A DNA stretch of 64,000 bases from assembly GCA_001772625.1 (NCBI GenBank), contig MEVA01000016.1, positions 67,159 to 131,158 on the forward strand. Reading direction: 5' to 3'. A model generated the notes under the pieces. It had not been told where the DNA came from. It ran no database searches and was given only the letters and a program-made list of their open reading frames with translations. This DNA is from a candidate division WWE3 bacterium RIFCSPHIGHO2_01_FULL_42_13. GTDB lineage: Bacteria; Patescibacteriota; WWE3; UBA101185; UBA10185. This document shows, piece by piece, positions 58,310 to 64,000 of the stretch. Within the stretch, counting starts at the first letter, position 1. The number at the start of each line of letters is the position of its first letter. The translations under genes and the position numbers were made by a program.

Positions 58310-59482
58310 ATGAGCCTTGTCCAAACATCATCGAAAGTCCGAAAGGGAGTAGTAATTACTGTGGCTGTTATTAGCCTCTACATTATCTTTCTCATGGTAA
58401 AAAGCCCGATTAGGCAAATGTGGTACGCGTTTTTCCCACCCGCCGATTTGCCAACCGTCGCATTTGGATATCTCGACCCACTTGAGTTTACTGAAGCACC
58501 TATTGTCTCATCAGTTCCTGAATATGTGTTAAATACCCCAACCGGAAGGCTTCCAACAGATTTAAAAACCAGCCTAGCCGTATACAAATATGTTTCACCA
58601 TCCTTTTCTTTTAGCGAAGGGAAAAGAGCTCAACAGGATGCCGCTACACTGGGTTTTAGCGACACTATGCGGGTAAGTGACTTGAGCAGCGATCTTTTCA
58701 CCTGGCAGGATGTTCAGTTTGGAGGAAACTTGAAAATTGACACAAAAACGAGAACCTTAGAGCTTGAAACCCCCTTAGCGAACCTCGGCAGTTTGTTTCC
58801 AGTCGGAAAGTTCACACAAACAAACGCAGTGGCGGCAGCAAGATCGCTACTACAAAAAGTTAATAGATTTAATGACAAACTTTACACTTCGGATATGCGA
58901 GGGTATCAGGAAGTCAGATTTGGTAAGTTTAGCGGCACACGTGTAGTAGAGGTAGATTCAATTCCAGAAACCCAAATTGCTAGGGTAGATTTCTTTAGAA
59001 AGATTCTGGATTTTCCAATTTTGGGACCAGACCCAAAACAGGGTTTGTTGCAAGTTTACTTGAGAGGGCCGGAAACTAAAGATGCGTTTCCGCAATTAAA
59101 CTTCCCGCATGTTAGGGCCTACCATTGGGAAATAAATACAGGCGACTCGGCTACATACCCACTTACTCCCATTGAAACAGTGTGGGAACAAATTTCGCAA
59201 AATAACGGCGCTATAGTTAACGTAACACCGCAGGGCGCAAGTCCGTTCGAAACACCACTGGCAACAAGAGTCGATCGAGTCCTAATCAACGAAGTTTACT
59301 TGGCTTACTACGATAATATAACCCCACAACAATTCCTACAGCCTGTTTATATCTTTGAGGGAAACTACACCACAGGGGCTGGCGCTTTTGGTAGTATCAC
59401 CATTTATTACCCGGCTGTAAGCAGTGAGTATGTACGGGCGCCAGTGAATACTCAAACGCCCGCATCGCCCGGCCAACTATAA
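58310..59482 (+). CDS. Membrane-anchored extracytoplasmic hypothetical protein
   Basis: Long ORF with one N-terminal TM, PTVAFG and LQPVYIFEG. Start moved to ATG 58310, 8 nt after TGC-TAATAT. Confidence 0.75.
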   Translation: MSLVQTSSKVRKGVVITVAVISLYIIFLMVKSPIRQMWYAFFPPADLPTVAFGYLDPLEFTEAPIVSSVPEYVLNTPTGRLPTDLKTSLAVYKYVSPSFSFSEGKRAQQDAATLGFSDTMRVSDLSSDLFTWQDVQFGGNLKIDTKTRTLELETPLANLGSLFPVGKFTQTNAVAAARSLLQKVNRFNDKLYTSDMRGYQEVRFGKFSGTRVVEVDSIPETQIARVDFFRKILDFPILGPDPKQGLLQVYLRGPETKDAFPQLNFPHVRAYHWEINTGDSATYPLTPIETVWEQISQNNGAIVNVTPQGASPFETPLATRVDRVLINEVYLAYYDNITPQQFLQPVYIFEGNYTTGAGAFGSITIYYPAVSSEYVRAPVNTQTPASPGQL

Positions 59483-60486
59483 CTTGAAAGTATCCAGTTT
59501 AAAATCCTTGCCGTATCCCCAAATCTATCTTCACTTCGCATAACTATAATTACAATATCTTTCTGGCCGTCTTTATATTCATAAATCAAAACCTCGCCTG
59601 CTTCTTCAGTTTGGCCGGTTTTAATACCAACTGTCCCAGGCTGTGTCCACAAAAGTTCGTTGGTGTTTACTAAATTAGTTGAAAGGCCGGAGTCGCTGAC
59701 CAAAATGGTTTCTTTCGTTTTGACAATTTCTTTTATCATTTCATTTGAAATAGCTTGCCTTGCCAAAAGATATAAATCTGAAGCTGTTGAATGGTGGGAG
59801 TTATTTTCTCCATCTAAACCTACTGGATTTGTAAAGGCCGTATGATCTAAACCCAACCCTTTAGCTTTTTCGTTCATTTTATAAACAAAATCGCTATATG
59901 AAAGCTTGCCAGTAGCTAAAGTGCAGGCCGCGTCCGCAGATGAACTAGCCAACAAGCTCACGATAAGATTTTTCACCGTGTATGAATCTTGTGCAAGAAA
60001 TCCCGTCTTTTGGCCCTCAATCTGCGTGCAAAAGTCGGCTACAACTAAACTTTCATCCAAGTTATAAACATCCAACGCCACTAAAGCCGTCATAAGTTTT
60101 GTCGTGGAGGCGGGAGCTAGTTCCAAATCTTTGTTAATTTCGACCAAAGCTCTTCCGGTTTTAACATCAACTGCGTAAACGGAACTGGCGCTGATTTGCG
60201 GAAAGGGAATTTCGTTCACTTTTTTTGGCAAGCTTTGGACAGCGGCACCCAAAATTTCGGAAGACTGTTGGGTAAAAAGGCTTGGAAAGTCTCCAAGCCC
60301 CACCTCAACTGAATTAACATGAAAACCTGTTAGAGCAACAGCAACAATTACAAAGTACAAACTAAACCTAACTGAGTGGGATAAAACTGAACGGGCAAAA
60401 GAACCAATGTCATCAATCAACCATAAAACCTTAATAGCGGCAAAAACAAAGGCCAATTGAATTTTTTGAGAAAAAGAAACTTGCAT
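59452..60486 (-). CDS. D-alanyl-D-alanine carboxypeptidase (peptidase S11)
   Basis: PASTTKLMT (SxxK), FTNPVGLD, NTNELL, GIKTG. The SxN position reads SSA. Confidence 0.88.
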   Translation of the reverse strand: MQVSFSQKIQLAFVFAAIKVLWLIDDIGSFARSVLSHSVRFSLYFVIVAVALTGFHVNSVEVGLGDFPSLFTQQSSEILGAAVQSLPKKVNEIPFPQISASSVYAVDVKTGRALVEINKDLELAPASTTKLMTALVALDVYNLDESLVVADFCTQIEGQKTGFLAQDSYTVKNLIVSLLASSSADAACTLATGKLSYSDFVYKMNEKAKGLGLDHTAFTNPVGLDGENNSHHSTASDLYLLARQAISNEMIKEIVKTKETILVSDSGLSTNLVNTNELLWTQPGTVGIKTGQTEEAGEVLIYEYKDGQKDIVIIVMRSEDRFGDTARILNWILSSYSWPGDAGV

Positions 60487-60487
60487 T

Positions 60488-60949
60488 TCACTCTACAATA
60501 TCAAACATCTGGGGATTTTCAACCACTATAAGATCACGGGCTGACATGGTTATTGAGGTGGTAAGGGATCCAGCGTTAAAAACAATCATATCTTTGCCTG
60601 AAAAGCTGCCGTCAAAGTAAGAAGGCAGGTCTATTGCTTTTCCTATAGGAGGGATGGAGCCAACTTTAAGAGTTGTTAGGGTTTCGACCTCTTCAGGTGA
60701 GGCCATGCGCAGATCATTTATACCTAAATGCGATTTTAGCTTCCTGAAACTCGCTTTTTTATCTGCAGGGACAACAACTAGTAATGGGTTCCCATCTCCG
60801 TACATTACCAAAGCCTTTGCGCCATTTGATAAGTCCGTGCCTCTAACCCTGGCCGCATCGGCACTTGTATGAACGGGTTCATGCTCTATCACTTCATACG
60901 AAATTCTTGCCTTGTCTAAAAGCTCTTTTATTTTCTCGAAGACAGTCAT
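60488..60949 (-). CDS. YbaK/ProX-superfamily aminoacyl-tRNA deacylase (YeaK/ProXp-y-like)
   Basis: EHEPVHTS, RGT..SNGAKALV, GSIPPIG, FNAG. Confidence 0.85.
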   Translation of the reverse strand: MTVFEKIKELLDKARISYEVIEHEPVHTSADAARVRGTDLSNGAKALVMYGDGNPLLVVVPADKKASFRKLKSHLGINDLRMASPEEVETLTTLKVGSIPPIGKAIDLPSYFDGSFSGKDMIVFNAGSLTTSITMSARDLIVVENPQMFDIVE

Positions 60950-60957
60950 CAGCTCCC

Positions 60958-62355
60958 CTATTCCTCTATAGCTAAATGCAACTCCTTTAATTGTTCTGGC
61001 TCTACTTCGCTGGGTGCCTCCATAACTGCAGTTTTACCACTCGAGGTCATCGGAAAGGCTACGGACTCCTTAAGAGAAGCCTCCCCTGCCAAAACCATCA
61101 CAAGCCTATCTACCCCTAACGCTATTCCTCCGTGGGGTGGGGTGCCAAGCTCAAATGCCCTTAGCATATGACCAACACTCTCCTCAGTTTCCTCATCTGT
61201 ATAGCCCATTATCTTAAAAGTTTTTCTTAAAATCTCGGGGCTGTGGGCTCTAATACTTCCCCCGCCTACTTCATACCCGTTACAAACCAGGTCGTACTGG
61301 TCAGTCACAATTTGGTCAATATTTTCTTCTTTCAAGTGCCACTCAATGTGTTCTTTTACAGGGCTACTAAACGGGTTGTGTGTGAATGTCCAGCCACTTT
61401 TCCCATCAGCAACTTCAGCTGCGTCTGCCTTATCTACTTTTTTAAAAAATGGAAAATTTACAACCCAGGCGAAAGCCAAAACACCTGCAGCTTTTTCCTC
61501 TTCAGATCTTAAATCAAATTTGTCGGCGCCATACTTTTCCAAAGCCTCCTTATAATTTATTACCGGGAACTTTTCGTCTTTAAGTTTTCCGCCCACAGCT
61601 TTAACCGTTGTTTTAATCATCTCCTCAACTAAACCTAAGACATTCTCGCGTGTAATAAAACTCATCTCAATATCAATTTGCGTGTGTTCGTACCCTCTAT
61701 CAGCCCGTAAATCTTCGTCTCTAATAGCGCGGGCAAGTTGAAAATATCTTTCAAAACCTGCTGTCATTAAAAGCTGCTTGTATTGTTGCGGGCTTTGAGG
61801 AAGCGAGTAAAACTTTCCCGGGTGATGCCTTGATGGAACGATAAAATCCCGAGCTCCTTCTTTAGTTGCTTTGGTAAGCATGGGGGTTTCTATCTCTACA
61901 AAATCCTTTGAGTGTAAAAAATTTCTAACTTCCTGGGTAAATTTCGATCTAAGCCTGATTATCTTTTGCATTCTTTCCCTGCGAAGGTCAAGGTATCTGT
62001 ATTTTAAACGCGATTCCTCATTTATTTCTAAACCATCGCCCTCAATTGGAATTGGGAGCTCTCCTGCCTTATTAAGGATTTCGTACTCCTCAACCCCAAC
62101 TTCGATAGTGCCTGTCTGTGCATCGGGGTTGATCATGTTTTCGGGACGAGCTTTAACAGTTCCTGTGATCTCGACCACAGTTTCTGGAGTAAGTTCCCCT
62201 AACATTGAAGCACCCACGCATTGAACCTTTCCAGTTCTATCTCGCAGGTCTATAAAAGTTAACTTTCCATGGTCGCGCTTGGAATCCACCCAACCTTTGA
62301 GCGTAACTCTCTCGCCGACTTTTTGTAACGTTTCTGAAACTAAACTTCTTTCCAT
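60958..62355 (-). CDS. aspS: Aspartate--tRNA ligase, bacterial type lacking the GAD insertion
   Basis: RDHGKLTFIDLRD, RLKYRYLDLRR, EGARDF, LPQSPQQYKQ, RDEDLRADR, GGGSIR, PPHGGIALGVDR; 465 aa. Confidence 0.95.
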   Translation of the reverse strand: MERSLVSETLQKVGERVTLKGWVDSKRDHGKLTFIDLRDRTGKVQCVGASMLGELTPETVVEITGTVKARPENMINPDAQTGTIEVGVEEYEILNKAGELPIPIEGDGLEINEESRLKYRYLDLRRERMQKIIRLRSKFTQEVRNFLHSKDFVEIETPMLTKATKEGARDFIVPSRHHPGKFYSLPQSPQQYKQLLMTAGFERYFQLARAIRDEDLRADRGYEHTQIDIEMSFITRENVLGLVEEMIKTTVKAVGGKLKDEKFPVINYKEALEKYGADKFDLRSEEEKAAGVLAFAWVVNFPFFKKVDKADAAEVADGKSGWTFTHNPFSSPVKEHIEWHLKEENIDQIVTDQYDLVCNGYEVGGGSIRAHSPEILRKTFKIMGYTDEETEESVGHMLRAFELGTPPHGGIALGVDRLVMVLAGEASLKESVAFPMTSSGKTAVMEAPSEVEPEQLKELHLAIEE

Positions 62356-62367
62356 ATTTCCTTAATC

Positions 62368-64000
62368 TTACAGGCTTTTCGCCCAATCCTTCAACACCAA
62401 ATTAACATAAGTATTACCGTTGTATTCATTTCTTTCGGCTGAAAAGGCAATGTCAATTTTATCCCCAACAGAAATATTATCTTTATGCTCTGCCCCATTA
62501 AAGTAAATTGCTCTGTACTGCTTACCCGCACTTAAAATCCTAAGTGTCAGGTGCGATCGGTCTTTTCCTACTAAATCTACTCCGACCACCCCAACTACCC
62601 TACTCACAAACAAGGATGCCCTATTCCCAATTCCAAAAGGCTTTAGCTTTTCGATCTCTTCTACAAAACTTAGATCAACATCGCCAAGCTTTACCTCCAG
62701 ATCAACATCCAAAACAGGTATCAAGTGCTCGTCCAGAATATACTTTTCAGAAAGTTTCAAAAGCCGTTTTTCCATCTCTTCAAGCTTTTCTCGTTTAATC
62801 GTAAATCCCGCAGCCATAGGATGCCCACCTAAATCTTCAAACAAATCTTCGTTCTCACGCAAAAACGCAATTATATCTACACCCGTAACTGACCTTGCCG
62901 AACCCTTTCCATAATCTTTGTCCAAACTCACAACAATTGCCGGCCTGTGATACTCTTGCGAAAGTTTCGCGGCTACCAACCCAATAATTCCTTCGTGGAA
63001 AGCTTCACTGTAAGCGATAATTAACCGCGGCAAACCCTCGCGATCAAAGTTTCCGGCAAGTTCGTACATTTCCAAGGTCTTATCTTGTCTTTCTAGGTTC
63101 ATCTGATTTAAATGGCGGGCAAATTCGAAAGCCTTTTCTTCCTTTGTTTCCAAAAGAAGTTGTAGTGCCTCGTCCGCGTCACCCATTCTTCCGGTTGCGT
63201 TAATCCGCGGACCAAAAACCCAACCTAAGTCATAAGTTGTAATTTCACCCCTAACCCTACCCGCAACTTCACGGAGAACTTTAATTGCTAGCGGAGGGTT
63301 TGAGTTTAGAACTTCAAGGCCTTCCTTAACAATCGAACGGTTAAATCCTAAAACCGGCTGCAAGTCTGTAACTGTTGCCAAAGCCGCAAGTCCAAGTAGT
63401 TGCGGGTCTTTTGAACCTAATTCTTGTCCCAACGCCCAGGCAATCCCGGAACCTACCAAAACATCTGTCCAGACAATCAAATCAGCCGGCGGAAGTTGTG
63501 GCGGCTTTTGGTGGTGATCGGTAATAATTACCTTAAACCCCCTTTCCTTAGCAAATTTCACTGCGTCAACAGCCGTAATGCCGGAATCAACTGAAATTAA
63601 AAGTCCCTCCTTAAACTCGCCGAAGGCTTTTTCAACTTTCTGCACACAGGCCTCAATTGAACTTTTTGAAATTCCATATCCGTGTTCAAACCGGTTTGGA
63701 ATGTGCGAAATTATTTTTTCGTAGCCTAATTCATTGCGCAAAACTTTTGTGAGAATTGCCGTGGAAGAAACTCCATCCGTATCGTAGTCACCATGAATTA
63801 CAATTGGAAGTTTTTGGGAAATTACGTCGTTTATTATTTCCTTAGCTTCCTGCATCTCCTTTCGGAAGGCAGTGGGCAGTTCATTTAATAGCTGGAAGGT
63901 GGGTTGGGGGTTCAAAAAAAGTTCCTTTTCCGTCTCTCCAGTAATGCCCCTGTTATCCAAAAGTACGTTTATAAGATCCTTTTTGTCTTTAAGCGTGTTT
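62368..64000 (-). CDS. recJ: ssDNA exonuclease RecJ; 5' end lies beyond the window
   Basis: GDYDTDG, PNRFEHGYG, VDSGI, TDHH, PRINATGR, GSARS, GGHPMAAG. The frame stays open to base 64000. Confidence 0.95.
   Translation of the reverse strand, partial: NTLKDKKDLINVLLDNRGITGETEKELFLNPQPTFQLLNELPTAFRKEMQEAKEIINDVISQKLPIVIHGDYDTDGVSSTAILTKVLRNELGYEKIISHIPNRFEHGYGISKSSIEACVQKVEKAFGEFKEGLLISVDSGITAVDAVKFAKERGFKVIITDHHQKPPQLPPADLIVWTDVLVGSGIAWALGQELGSKDPQLLGLAALATVTDLQPVLGFNRSIVKEGLEVLNSNPPLAIKVLREVAGRVRGEITTYDLGWVFGPRINATGRMGDADEALQLLLETKEEKAFEFARHLNQMNLERQDKTLEMYELAGNFDREGLPRLIIAYSEAFHEGIIGLVAAKLSQEYHRPAIVVSLDKDYGKGSARSVTGVDIIAFLRENEDLFEDLGGHPMAAGFTIKREKLEEMEKRLLKLSEKYILDEHLIPVLDVDLEVKLGDVDLSFVEEIEKLKPFGIGNRASLFVSRVVGVVGVDLVGKDRSHLTLRILSAGKQYRAIYFNGAEHKDNISVGDKIDIAFSAERNEYNGNTYVNLVLKDWAKSL

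Noticed and set aside
1264-62798. Many 60-154 aa ORFs antisense to or nested in long genes (e.g. 12171-12581, 45176-45622, 48471-48872, 53308-53772, 61871-62224)
   Set aside because: They are shadow frames of well-supported genes, with no motifs, SD or promoter support.
1-64000. CRISPR arrays, tRNA/rRNA genes, IS elements, integrases, prophage genes, alternative genetic code
   Set aside because: Intergenic gaps are all about 200 bp or less with no repeat-spacer or cloverleaf patterns. No mobile-element motifs were seen. TGA, TAA and TAG all act as stops at conserved gene ends.

Overview
Bacterial DNA, standard code 11, very gene-dense and almost entirely on the minus strand. Gene content and style suggest a Patescibacteria/CPR genome, possibly Microgenomates or WWE3; this is inference, not a marker-gene placement. 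Positions 1-49 kb are a very large surface-glycosylation locus that runs off the left edge. It holds about 8 multi-TM GT-C-type transferases, 6 GT4 domains, 6 GT2 domains (including polyprenol-P-Man and polyprenol-P-Glc synthase types), 2 Wzx flippases, a UPF0104 flippase, a GtrA domain, Ugd, 2 SDR epimerases, 6 class I SAM methyltransferases, a B12-binding radical SAM enzyme, a TMK-like kinase with a nucleotidyltransferase, and a monotopic PGT. No Wzy, Wzz or ABC exporter is recognisable. Positions 49-64 kb are housekeeping: CAP protein, HU, ymdB, rny, recX, recA, a two-component pair, gltX, a DD-carboxypeptidase, a YeaK-like deacylase, a short aspS and recJ (partial). Most notable: (i) a tandemly duplicated two-gene module of a giant GT-C carrying a DUF5667-like insert plus a coupled ~115-aa membrane protein; (ii) a ~106-nt rod-shaped RNA starting at the predicted TSS of a near-consensus promoter upstream of rny; (iii) widespread leaderless promoter architecture; (iv) two counter-oriented, self-contained single-gene cassettes, one probably frameshifted. 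No tRNA, rRNA, CRISPR array or transposase was seen. All family calls come from motif recognition by eye, without database searches.
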